The notes under the pieces were generated by a model. The model saw nothing but the letters and a program-made list of their open reading frames with translations, had not been told where the DNA came from and searched no databases. The position numbers and the translations under genes were made by a program. DNA of 64,000 nt from IMG/VR virus record IMGVR_UViG_3300048016_000310. One strand, given 5' to 3'. This DNA comes from a virus (lineage: Duplodnaviria; Heunggongvirae; Uroviricota; Caudoviricetes). Positions 9,973-18,664 of the stretch are shown here, piece by piece (within the stretch, counting starts at the first letter, position 1; every line of letters begins with the position of its first letter).

Positions 9973-10246
9973 TTTTCTGGGTTATATGGTGATTATATTG
10001 AGACAATGCTTGCTCTTTTGAAGGAAATAAATAAGCATCTACTTCATTTCTAAATCTTTCTTTGTATGATAAAATACCACAAATTCTAATAGTATAGAAA
10101 ATAGAATACTGGCTGTACATAACTAAAGATTTTCTATTTAGACTTTGAATTTCTACTATTTCATAGTCTTCATAGTCTGGTTTTATCTGATAATGTGATA
10201 TATACCACATTAAGATAATTAGAGAACCTAAAAATATTAATGGCAT
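9950..10246 (-). CDS. small membrane protein
   Basis: 98-aa ORF with an N-terminal hydrophobic segment. Confidence 0.3.
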   Translation of the reverse strand: MPLIFLGSLIILMWYISHYQIKPDYEDYEIVEIQSLNRKSLVMYSQYSIFYTIRICGILSYKERFRNEVDAYLFPSKEQALSQYNHHITQKNEHIHST

Positions 10247-10626
10247 AAGTAATAATAAGTTAAAAATAATTGTAAATAGTGCAAAACTTGATCCGCCCCT
10301 ATATAAGTAAATGCTCCAAAATTTGGAACAGCAGAACCTAGTTCTTTTTTATCAAACTTTTCTGCAACTAACCGAGAAGTAAAATAATCAGTTATTGTAT
10401 GTGCTACAAAAGTTATAAAAGCAAAAGCAGCTACATCTAAAGGTTTAAATTTACCATTAAACATAAAAGCTAATCCTACCCATAACCATACTGCTGAATA
10501 AACTACTGTATGAGTAATTAAAGGTTCAAATTTTTTTGACTTACCTAAAGCCCACTCTTCATCTTGACATATGAAATCTGCTACAAAATGTATAAAGATT
10601 ATTGAAAAAATCTCTACAAGTGTCAT
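10237..10626 (-). CDS. integral membrane protein
   Basis: 129 aa with several hydrophobic helices. Confidence 0.4.
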   Translation of the reverse strand: MTLVEIFSIIFIHFVADFICQDEEWALGKSKKFEPLITHTVVYSAVWLWVGLAFMFNGKFKPLDVAAFAFITFVAHTITDYFTSRLVAEKFDKKELGSAVPNFGAFTYIGADQVLHYLQLFLTYYYLCH

Positions 10627-11489
10627 AAAATTACAAGTTTATCTTGAAATTGATAAGGAACTACATATTCTAATTGTTTTGAATTTGTAGTAAAAATTTT
10701 GTCATATAGTTCAAACAACAAAGGATTTGGATTAGGGACAGTTAAATGACTTATTGCTAAGTTCAATTTACCTATATTTCTTTCTCTAAAAAGTTTAGCA
10801 AGTCCTATAAATGTTCCTCCATATAAACACATGTCATCTACGATGAGTAAATCTTTACCTTCAAAATTGTCCCTTAAAACTTCTTGTGTAAGTTCAGATT
10901 TTCCATGAACATATTTTCTAGCTTTCAAAGCTGAAAATGTTTCTCCTTTCCAATCAAGTTTGTCACAAAGTTTCTGCAAAGGTTTGTTTCCACCAGCATC
11001 AGAAGACACTAAAATTAAGTTTTTAGTATCTCTAGTAGTATAATCTCCTTCAAACATAGTCAAAGGTACTTTTTTTCCTTCTTCATCATAAGCTTGAGGG
11101 CTGGTAATAATGTCTAATACTTGCTTTATAAACAGCGAGTTATCCAAAATTACTGAGTTATTAGTTAAAGCAGGAGTTACATCTGAATGAGGATGAAAAA
11201 TTATAACTTGACCAAAGTTCAAAGAATTCAAAAAATTTGCAACAATCTTAAGATTGAAACTTTCATTTGGTTCAAACTGTCTGTCTGCTTGTTGGTCTAT
11301 CATGCAATTAATTTTTATGATACTTTTTGAAGCATCAATTAAACTTGCACATTGAGCTAAAAACCATAAGTCTTCGTAGGAGTTTAAATACACATTAAAA
11401 ATCCCATGTGAAATGTCTTCGAGTTTTGTAGCATAAAAAGTACCATCAGGATACTTTGTTTTTTTAAAGACTTCTGTAAGTTCTTTCAT
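10623..11489 (-). CDS. prs: ribose-phosphate pyrophosphokinase-like protein (Prs family; alternatively Adps-type ADP-ribose pyrophosphokinase)
   Basis: LLIVDDMCLYGGTFIGLAKLFRERNIGK closely matches the Prs PRPP-binding loop ([25 protein letters not shown]) at the expected position. Length is 288 aa. Confidence 0.7.
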   Translation of the reverse strand: MKELTEVFKKTKYPDGTFYATKLEDISHGIFNVYLNSYEDLWFLAQCASLIDASKSIIKINCMIDQQADRQFEPNESFNLKIVANFLNSLNFGQVIIFHPHSDVTPALTNNSVILDNSLFIKQVLDIITSPQAYDEEGKKVPLTMFEGDYTTRDTKNLILVSSDAGGNKPLQKLCDKLDWKGETFSALKARKYVHGKSELTQEVLRDNFEGKDLLIVDDMCLYGGTFIGLAKLFRERNIGKLNLAISHLTVPNPNPLLFELYDKIFTTNSKQLEYVVPYQFQDKLVIL

Positions 11490-11959
11490 AGTTCTGTTAA
11501 AAATTGTTTAAATAATCTTTTAATTTTAAATAAATGAGCCTTATTTTCATAGGGATTTATAAAATTCTGAAGAACAAATTCTTCTGGAACTCTATGTAAA
11601 GATATTGTTACAAAAGAAGTTGGAAAAAATCTAGAATCGCAAGGACATAATATACTAGCACAATCTTCTGATGTAGTCAAAGTTAAAGAATAACAAATAC
11701 CATTCTTTTTTTTTATTACTACAGCTGGATGTCTAAATCCTGTAACTGTATAAACATCTCCTACTCTTACTTCTGTTACAACTCTTTCATGTTTAAGTTT
11801 CATAGAAGCTAAAGCCCCTCTTACTTCAGCTTTTGTCCAATTGTCTTTTTCATTAAAAAGTTCTATAAGTTCTTCTCTTGTTTTTGCTTGCATATTTGTA
11901 TTAATTCTGGTAATGTTATAAATTGAGAATCTAATCCTCTTAAACCTATTTGTAACCAA
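11486..11959 (-). CDS. hypothetical protein (true start probably the internal Met near 11893)
   Basis: The ORF overlaps the upstream helicase by ~97 nt. The internal MQAKTREEL start would reduce the overlap. Confidence 0.35.
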   Translation of the reverse strand: MVTNRFKRIRFSIYNITRINTNMQAKTREELIELFNEKDNWTKAEVRGALASMKLKHERVVTEVRVGDVYTVTGFRHPAVVIKKKNGICYSLTLTTSEDCASILCPCDSRFFPTSFVTISLHRVPEEFVLQNFINPYENKAHLFKIKRLFKQFLTEL

Positions 11960-13149
11960 ATGCTGTCACTAGGTATAATTTCATCGAAAGGCTCTATTAC
12001 AAAGTTGATAACCATTGGTGCTTTATCGGGATTATTTGGGTCTACTCTTAAAATTCTACCTAATGACTGAACTGCTGATTGTTTAGTAGAATCAAAAGAT
12101 TCTCTTAAAATACATTCTGCTGTTTCATCATCAAGCCCTGCAATAAGTTTGTAAACTGAAGAAATTTTAGCATTTTCAGATTCTAGAAATGCATTTAGAT
12201 TTTTAGTAGCAACTTTTGCTGATTGTTGTGAATGATATAGTAAACAGGTACTGTCAAGTTTAGCTATTTCTTTAGCTTTTGCAATACTTTTTGAAAATAA
12301 AATAGTTTTTTTGTACAAGTAAGGGTATAATTCTCGTAGATATACGAGCTTATTTTGAGCATTACTTAAAAGCCCAATTCTTTTTGTTCTAGTTCTAAGC
12401 CAGTTGAAGTTTATTCCTACTGCTTGAGGTTCTTGTGTTAAAGCTTTAATTTGTGCAGCACTTACTAAAGGTTTATCTACACCAAAGTTTGAAAAATAAG
12501 TTTTGCATCTGGATTCTTGTTCTGTAACAGCTTTATATAAAAGTTGTTCTTGTTTAGTAAAAGGTACATAAACATTGTATATTTCAAATTCTGGGACAAG
12601 TTCAAGCAAAGAAGCTTCTTGTAAAGAAATATGAAATTCATCTTTAAGTCCTATTGTTTGAAAAAATCGTAATTGTTCATTCTTTAAAGTAGCACTTAAA
12701 AATAACCTAAATTTAGGCTTAAAATTATGAATATTTGCAAAACCTGTTCCTTCTTTAGCTACTCCAATATGACATTCATCGACTATTAATAGTAGAGGAT
12801 TTTGTGGAGGCAGCTTACTATATGTATTTATTATGAAAATTTTAATATTTTCAATACCTTGTGTGTGAGTTTGCCACTGTTCTAACAAAGCATTTGTAGG
12901 CAAGACTATATGAATTTCTCCAAGCGATTGTTTTCGCAGAAGCTTTATAATCTTTAAAGCAAATACAGTCTTACCTGTAGCAGTAGCCCATGTACATAAA
13001 AGTTGTCCTTTAGTTTCAATAAAATACTTTATTCCAATATCTTGAATTAAATCTCTCTTCTTGAACTTATCAGGTTCTTTTTGTATTGCTTCTATATGGA
13101 TTTGTTGTAATTTATACTTCATAATGCACAATATATGTATTAGGTACAT
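11863..13149 (-). CDS. superfamily-2 DEAD/DEAH-box helicase
   Basis: Walker A CTWATATGKT, DEAD-like LLIVDECH, SAT-like motif LSAT. Confidence 0.7.
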   Translation of the reverse strand: MYLIHILCIMKYKLQQIHIEAIQKEPDKFKKRDLIQDIGIKYFIETKGQLLCTWATATGKTVFALKIIKLLRKQSLGEIHIVLPTNALLEQWQTHTQGIENIKIFIINTYSKLPPQNPLLLIVDECHIGVAKEGTGFANIHNFKPKFRLFLSATLKNEQLRFFQTIGLKDEFHISLQEASLLELVPEFEIYNVYVPFTKQEQLLYKAVTEQESRCKTYFSNFGVDKPLVSAAQIKALTQEPQAVGINFNWLRTRTKRIGLLSNAQNKLVYLRELYPYLYKKTILFSKSIAKAKEIAKLDSTCLLYHSQQSAKVATKNLNAFLESENAKISSVYKLIAGLDDETAECILRESFDSTKQSAVQSLGRILRVDPNNPDKAPMVINFVIEPFDEIIPSDSIWLQIGLRGLDSQFITLPELIQICKQKQEKNL

Positions 13150-13660
13150 AATCTGTTAACCATACATTATTTTCAGTAAGAAAAAATTTATAACCATCTT
13201 TATGCATTTCTAAAGCTTTTACTTCTAGTGCAATAGGGTCTCCATGTCTTAATCCTGTAAGTAAAGCTATTTGAAAATTTTCAGTTAAGTGTGCGGCATG
13301 TCTTTTTTGTTTTTTTATACCTTCTACTCTGATTAAATGCTCTACTTCTTTACAAGTACCATGATATAAAATCTTTGGAGGTACTGAAGGCTTTAACTGT
13401 AAATCTACATCAAATGAGTGTCCTTGCAAAGCTCTAATTTTTTTACTATCTTCTGAAAATTCAAATCTTTTTTTGTTGTTTGTAGCAACGATGTGCTTTA
13501 GTTTTTCTTCTGTTATCTGTAACTCCCTACAAATAAAAGAAGCATCAGCCCACCCAGTAGAATCTACTAAATGTGGCTGATGTCTTAAAATGTAACTTAA
13601 CTTAGTCATGAAATTGAACTTCACCGCATCTTTGTAAAGGCTGATACAGTGAAGGGTCAA
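13112..13660 (-). CDS. kptA: RNA 2'-phosphotransferase Tpt1/KptA (NAD-dependent). Likely start is MTKLSYILRH at ~13609.
   Basis: KLSYILRHQP, GWA, IRALQGHS, LYHGT and a GI...R...HVHL-like C-terminal region are all conserved Tpt1/KptA blocks. Confidence 0.75.
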   Translation of the reverse strand: MTLHCISLYKDAVKFNFMTKLSYILRHQPHLVDSTGWADASFICRELQITEEKLKHIVATNNKKRFEFSEDSKKIRALQGHSFDVDLQLKPSVPPKILYHGTCKEVEHLIRVEGIKKQKRHAAHLTENFQIALLTGLRHGDPIALEVKALEMHKDGYKFFLTENNVWLTDYVPNTYIVHYEV

Positions 13661-14657
13661 AAGTTTTTAAATCTTCAGTACAAGTTACATGGATATACGT
13701 AGAACAATCTATATTTAAGCCTTCTTTAATAAGCCTTTTATTTGTTTTTATTGCATACTCACAAAGGTCTAAGTTTATTGGAGCAACTTTAAAGGCTCCT
13801 TGAAACTCATTACTTACATTTGTTTCTCTAAGGTCAGGCTTTAATTCTACAGTTTCTTCAGAAAAAGGCCCAAAACCATGTCTTGTTTGATAAGCTCTGG
13901 TTACACAATGTAATTTTACATCAGAAAGATTATGTCCTCTAATTTTGTACTTTTTTAATAACGATACAGCATTTTTTACTGTTGTTGATGCATGAGTTAC
14001 ATTAGGAAAATAACCAAAATCTTCATCTAAATAAAAACCTTGATTTCCTTCAAATATAATATTAGAATAATAAGTAGGATTTCTATCATAAGTAGCTTTT
14101 ATCATCCATTTAGAAGCATCTAAAAACGCAGAAATTTCATTTTCTAAAAGCTCTGTATTGTTATAATATCTTCTAACAGACTCTAATTTTTGCAAAATAT
14201 GCCATTCAGGAGCAAATAAATCTGCAAAAATAAAACTTACTCCATCATTCATACGTTTTTGAGTAGTATGAATACCTTTTCCAGTAGTTGCACCTAAACT
14301 TTCCGAATTTTCTTGATTGGCTATAACATCAAAAGGAGTTATAATTGGGCAATTTTTATCTACAACCAATTCAGAAGACATATGAAATGTTTTTAAGATA
14401 AGGTCGCATTCTCTTTTTAACATTTCTGGAGATACTAAAACTTTTGGACCTATAAATCCAGCATTTCCAGTAGAAAAATTTGCTGGAATACTAGAACAAA
14501 TATGAGTTTTAGCATTTATTCTAATAGTATGTCCACAATTGGGTCCTCCACCAGTTCTTACAGCTGTACAATCTCTTAATTCATTTGCAAGTTTATTTAC
14601 AATACGACCTTTACCTTCATCTCCAAATCCAATACCAACTACTATATGTCCTACCAT
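13602..14657 (-). CDS. adenylosuccinate synthetase homolog, short archaeal/PurZ-like form (351 aa)
   Basis: GFGDEGKGRIV (P-loop GDEGKGK), RTGGGPNCGHTI (GxNAGHT), GATTGKGI (GTTGRGIGP), EGNQG (EGAQG). About 80 aa shorter than bacterial PurA. Confidence 0.8.
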   Translation of the reverse strand: MVGHIVVGIGFGDEGKGRIVNKLANELRDCTAVRTGGGPNCGHTIRINAKTHICSSIPANFSTGNAGFIGPKVLVSPEMLKRECDLILKTFHMSSELVVDKNCPIITPFDVIANQENSESLGATTGKGIHTTQKRMNDGVSFIFADLFAPEWHILQKLESVRRYYNNTELLENEISAFLDASKWMIKATYDRNPTYYSNIIFEGNQGFYLDEDFGYFPNVTHASTTVKNAVSLLKKYKIRGHNLSDVKLHCVTRAYQTRHGFGPFSEETVELKPDLRETNVSNEFQGAFKVAPINLDLCEYAIKTNKRLIKEGLNIDCSTYIHVTCTEDLKTFDPSLYQPLQRCGEVQFHD

Positions 14658-14658
14658 T

Positions 14659-15507
14659 TTAAAAGTTTATTATTTTGTTTACAACATTTTCTTTAGCAAC
14701 TAATGGATGTTCTATGTCTAAAACTTGATTCTGAATAACAATGTCAGCAATTGTATCTGCTATTGTTTCAAAAGAATCTACTTCAATGCAACGTTGACCT
14801 AGAAGTTCATTCCAATAAGTTTTAGCACCTCTTACAGGTTTAATTAAAATGTGAAATACTTCCCATTTTTCTTGAGCTAATTCTAAAAGTTCCTCATCTG
14901 TATAAGCTTTTTCAGCTCCAGCCATAACTGAATCTAAGACATTCTTAGGATAACTCTTTAGATTAGGCTCATCACCTATTGTAATCAAGAAACCTTTTTT
15001 CTGTCTTTTTTCCCAATGGTCTGTTTGAATTCTAGTAGTAAAAGCCCAAGGAAGCGAATAACTTTCGCCAGCATTTGCACCACCACCTTTTTCAATCCAA
15101 GTTCTTGATAACCAAGTATCAAGTTCTACATCTCCAGATTCAAATTGTCCTACTTGAAAAGGAGCAGAATCAGCCATATGGTCTCCAATAGCTCCAAAAA
15201 GTATTGCAGGAGAAGGGATTCCAGCTTGTATGATTTTGTCAATAATATGAGGCAACCCATCTACAATAATTTGCTTAGGTAATTGTCCCATAGAACCTGT
15301 GACATCCAAATTTAAAAATATTGGAATAGCCAAAGGATGTACTTCAGAATCTCTACATTCTCTTAGTAGGGCTATCTTTGGCTCCATTGATTCATGTAAT
15401 CTTCTCAAAGTGTTTTGAGTAAATATAGAATCTAAGGAAGCTGATTTTGTATAAGTATCTGCTGTTCTAGCAGACCTTGATAACATGTTATAACTAGAAC
15501 CTCCCAT
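14659..15507 (-). CDS. von Willebrand factor A (vWA) domain protein
   Basis: MIDAS motif LDVTGSMG (DxSGSM), plus downstream conserved T and D positions typical of vWA. Confidence 0.55.
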   Translation of the reverse strand: MGGSSYNMLSRSARTADTYTKSASLDSIFTQNTLRRLHESMEPKIALLRECRDSEVHPLAIPIFLNLDVTGSMGQLPKQIIVDGLPHIIDKIIQAGIPSPAILFGAIGDHMADSAPFQVGQFESGDVELDTWLSRTWIEKGGGANAGESYSLPWAFTTRIQTDHWEKRQKKGFLITIGDEPNLKSYPKNVLDSVMAGAEKAYTDEELLELAQEKWEVFHILIKPVRGAKTYWNELLGQRCIEVDSFETIADTIADIVIQNQVLDIEHPLVAKENVVNKIINF

Positions 15508-15842
15508 TATTCTTCTTTTCCGAATAAGTCTACAAATCTTTGTTTAACTACAGCTAGTTTGTCTTCTAACTGTTTAATCTCCAATGATATAAAAATATCA
15601 TCATTGATAAATTTGTCAGAATCAAACTCTTTTGCAGAAATAAAAGAATAACTGTTTGAAGGACTTATATCCAACATTGCAGCTCTTTCTCTTTGTTTTC
15701 TTTTTAATTCTCTTTCCAAGTCTTGCACAATTCTTTCATATGCTATTTCAGCATCTTCTTGAATACTTGCAGCTCTTTCAGCTTTAATTTGATTGTTTGA
15801 ACGATTCAAACTTTCATTAAATAAACCTCCTACTTTGCTCAT
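15507..15842 (-). CDS. hypothetical coiled-coil protein
   Basis: 111-aa ORF with a 1-nt overlap with neighbours. Confidence 0.4.
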   Translation of the reverse strand: MSKVGGLFNESLNRSNNQIKAERAASIQEDAEIAYERIVQDLERELKRKQRERAAMLDISPSNSYSFISAKEFDSDKFINDDIFISLEIKQLEDKLAVVKQRFVDLFGKEE

Positions 15843-16210
15843 TTTGAATTTTGTTTTAATTTTAAGCCTAATGAATAAGGGTCTAATATTTCTTCTACTA
15901 CACGATTACATGAAATGCAACTTGCTTTCCATTTTGTAGTATCTAAATATAGTTCCTTAGATTTTTTTCCTTGCATGTGGTGAATACATTCTGCATTGTA
16001 AGTGCAACCTTGTAATTTCATTTGACACAAAGGGTTTTCTTGTAAGAATTCAGCTCGTAAAGGAGCATATTCTTTTAAAGTTTTTTTATAACTTTCTGCT
16101 ATTTTTTTTATTGGTTGTTGGAACTGTCTAGCACAAGACTTACACATTGGAGGATTTGATTTCCATAAATAATGTGGGTCTTTACAGACTGAGCATATTT
16201 TCTTTTTCAA
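15839..16210 (-). CDS. Zn-ribbon protein
   Basis: Paired CxxC motifs (CSVC...CKSC and C...C...CISC). Confidence 0.4.
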   Translation of the reverse strand: MKKKICSVCKDPHYLWKSNPPMCKSCARQFQQPIKKIAESYKKTLKEYAPLRAEFLQENPLCQMKLQGCTYNAECIHHMQGKKSKELYLDTTKWKASCISCNRVVEEILDPYSLGLKLKQNSK

Positions 16211-16446
16211 AAATACAATATTCTAGAATTAGTAGGAAGAGATAGTACTTCATAATGGTTATCTAAAATTCTAACTAGACCATCTCCATGTCCACCAATT
16301 ATATGTCTTTTACACCATTCTTGTAAAGCAAAATAGAATAATTCTGGTAGGCATATTAACCCTTGTCTAGTTGTATAGTTATACAATAGATTTACTAAAT
16401 CTCCTCCAAAATGATTTCTAAGTTCTATATATTCTTCTCTGCTCAT
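16207..16446 (-). CDS. hypothetical protein
   Basis: 79-aa ORF with 4-nt overlaps. Confidence 0.35.
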   Translation of the reverse strand: MSREEYIELRNHFGGDLVNLLYNYTTRQGLICLPELFYFALQEWCKRHIIGGHGDGLVRILDNHYEVLSLPTNSRILYF

Positions 16447-16670
16447 TTTGTTTTGTTCTGAACATAAACAGGAATTTGTTCTATATCTTTTCCATCAAGA
16501 AATGTTCTTTCTTTTGGTATAGCTTTATATCCTACAACAACACCTTCTTTTTTGAATGGGTTTATTTTTCCACCACCGCTACAAGTTTCTAAAAAAGCAA
16601 CAGCATAGTTTTGTGCTGTTTCTAAAGAACCCTGTATTTCTATACTACACACTTTTAATTTTTTGTCCAT
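16443..16670 (-). CDS. hypothetical protein
   Basis: 75-aa ORF. Confidence 0.35.
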   Translation of the reverse strand: MDKKLKVCSIEIQGSLETAQNYAVAFLETCSGGGKINPFKKEGVVVGYKAIPKERTFLDGKDIEQIPVYVQNKTK

Positions 16671-17133
16671 CTTGTATAAAGGTTTTGAGGAACATGACTA
16701 AATCTTGAGGATTTGCAAATATATATTTATCTGCATAATACAAAGAGATTTCTTCATCTTCAATAGATTGAAATTCTACTCTTTTTTGCCCTTTAGTCAT
16801 TATTACTTTTTTGGAGTTTCTCATAATCAAAAAAGAATCTATTTTTTGCATAATAAATTTTACTCTATTGATTTCAATTTCCAAAGAGGCAATAAAAGCT
16901 TCTGCATTAGCTCTACCTTTGTAGATATAATTAGATTCAAAGGCTTTTGTTTTTAGCTGTTCATTTGCAAGTTCAGCTCTTAATTGCATATCTAGCTTTC
17001 GAAGTACAAATTTTGCTAGAGTTTCTTGAAAAGATTTTATATCATTGAGAGTCATTCTCTCAAGATTATAGGTTCTGGTATTGAATTTTACATTTCTATC
17101 TGAAATGTATTCTGCTGTAATTTGATAAGGCAT
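16645..17133 (-). CDS. hypothetical protein
   Basis: 162-aa ORF. Confidence 0.4.
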   Translation of the reverse strand: MPYQITAEYISDRNVKFNTRTYNLERMTLNDIKSFQETLAKFVLRKLDMQLRAELANEQLKTKAFESNYIYKGRANAEAFIASLEIEINRVKFIMQKIDSFLIMRNSKKVIMTKGQKRVEFQSIEDEEISLYYADKYIFANPQDLVMFLKTFIQDGQKIKSV

Positions 17134-17179
17134 AATAAATAATTAGATAAAAAAGGGAGATTGCTCTCCCTTTTGAGTT

Positions 17180-17863
17180 TTAAGCTTGAAATTCAAATTC
17201 TTCTTCTTTTACTGCTTCAGCAGCATCTGTATCTTCAGGAGTTACAAAAGTTTTATACAACTCATTCAAGTAAGCCTGATATTCTGGAGTTTTACGATTG
17301 TTTGGTCCTCTCATAATTCCAGTATAAACAGTAGGATGAGCACTTTCTTCTGCTGCAGGTTTTGCAAAAGGTACATAGTTTCCAGTAACTCTAGAAACCC
17401 TTCTAAACATTGGAATCAAGTTTGTGTTGTCTCCATCCAAAAACTTGTACAAAAGAACTTCATTTGTACTAACTCTTGGAACAGGTTCCTCAGTTACATT
17501 TCCTAGTTTATCCAAGCCAAACTTAGTAGATAGTTTTGTAATTGGAACATAAGTTTCTCTTAAAGTTTGACCTTCAAGTTCTTGTCCAATTTTTAATCCA
17601 CTTTTAACAAAACCAAGTTTTGCAAAGTTTTCCCAAGCTACCAAAGTTTTCTTTTCTTTTAGTTCACCCCATTTTGCATGTCCTTGCATTCTAAAAGCAT
17701 CTGACCAAACATCAGTAGAGGCTTCAACTGGAACTTCTTGTTTTAATTCTAAGGTGATAGTATCACCATCTTCTAACGTTTCTAAAAACGCTGTTAATTC
17801 TTCTTGTGTCTGACAAATCTGTGCTCTATCTGAAGATAAAGCTCTAAAAATTTTTACTTTCAT
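17180..17863 (-). CDS. hypothetical protein
   Basis: 227-aa ORF. Good coding periodicity. Confidence 0.45.
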   Translation of the reverse strand: MKVKIFRALSSDRAQICQTQEELTAFLETLEDGDTITLELKQEVPVEASTDVWSDAFRMQGHAKWGELKEKKTLVAWENFAKLGFVKSGLKIGQELEGQTLRETYVPITKLSTKFGLDKLGNVTEEPVPRVSTNEVLLYKFLDGDNTNLIPMFRRVSRVTGNYVPFAKPAAEESAHPTVYTGIMRGPNNRKTPEYQAYLNELYKTFVTPEDTDAAEAVKEEEFEFQA

Positions 17864-18039
17864 TCTTGTATAATACCAACTTTTTTGGCCTGTGTTTGAA
17901 ATTCTCTGTAACCATTTAGCACCAACTCTGATGCTTCTTCTGGTGACAAGCTTTGACCATGCACATATTCTTCATACAATGCAGTATAAATTTGTGGTAG
18001 ATCCTTCTGGATTTCTTCGAGTCTTTTTTTATGTGTCAT
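17860..18039 (-). CDS. hypothetical small protein (59 aa)
   Basis: Manual translation MTHKKRLEEIQKDLPQIYTALYEEYVHGQSLSPEEASELVLNGYREFQTQAKKVGIIQE. Its stop overlaps the downstream ATG (ATGA). Below the ORF-track size cutoff. Confidence 0.3.
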   Translation of the reverse strand: MTHKKRLEEIQKDLPQIYTALYEEYVHGQSLSPEEASELVLNGYREFQTQAKKVGIIQE

Positions 18040-18068
18040 AAAATAAGGGAGCCTTCCTCTCCCTTTGT

Positions 18069-18551
18069 TTAAAGTTTTCCTAAAATACTATCGAGTTGTA
18101 GCTCAGTTTTGAAGCTTGGGTCCATAGACACCAATGTTCTTTTGTACTCAGCTAATTCTGCTTTTCTTGAAGCTAATTTCATTTTGGTAACACGAGTTTT
18201 TAAGTCTGTTTTCCAAACTGCAATTGGAGCAGATAACCATTTAGCTTCTGAGGTCAAGCCAAGCTCTTCAGCAGCTTTTACATCATAAGACTCTCTTTGC
18301 AAAAGAAAGCTATAAATTTCTTTAAGCTTTTCTTCTCCTGTAACAGTACGTATATCAACAGGTTGCCCTGTGGTACTAAATCTAAAGATACCATCTGTAG
18401 AGTAGTTTCCTACCTCTGCATTATGAATTTCTTTTTCTAATTCCTCTACTTTTGCGTATGCTGCTCTAATCTTAGCAGCTTGTGATACTGTTTTTGCCAT
18501 GTTATTTGTTATATTAATGTTATAGAAAATCTGATAGGGAAGGACTATCAT
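18069..18551 (-). CDS. hypothetical protein (likely start at internal MAKTV near 18503)
   Basis: 160-aa ORF. Coiled-coil-like middle. Confidence 0.4.
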   Translation of the reverse strand: MIVLPYQIFYNINITNNMAKTVSQAAKIRAAYAKVEELEKEIHNAEVGNYSTDGIFRFSTTGQPVDIRTVTGEEKLKEIYSFLLQRESYDVKAAEELGLTSEAKWLSAPIAVWKTDLKTRVTKMKLASRKAELAEYKRTLVSMDPSFKTELQLDSILGKL

Positions 18552-18553
18552 TG

Positions 18554-18660
18554 TCGGCCTGTTTGGATTCGAACCAAAGCTATAATTGTTCCTAGAAGTA
18601 TCATAGTTATTAAAATTAACTAAGAAATGACAATCGCCTCTACCACTGGGCTACAGGCCG
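18554..18660 (-). tRNA. tRNA-like gene (107 nt). Acceptor, D and T arms are canonical. The anticodon region carries a ~33-nt insertion.
   Basis: Acceptor CGGCCTG/CAGGCCG, D-arm GCCC-AGTGGTAG-AGGC, T-arm TTTGG-TTCGAAT-CCAAA. Putative anticodon stem ATTGT/ACAAT encloses 40 nt, including hairpin TAGTTA-ATTTTAA-TAACTA and the TGATACTTCTAGG tail. No canonical 7-nt anticodon loop could be read. Confidence 0.5.
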
Positions 18661-18664
18661 AATT

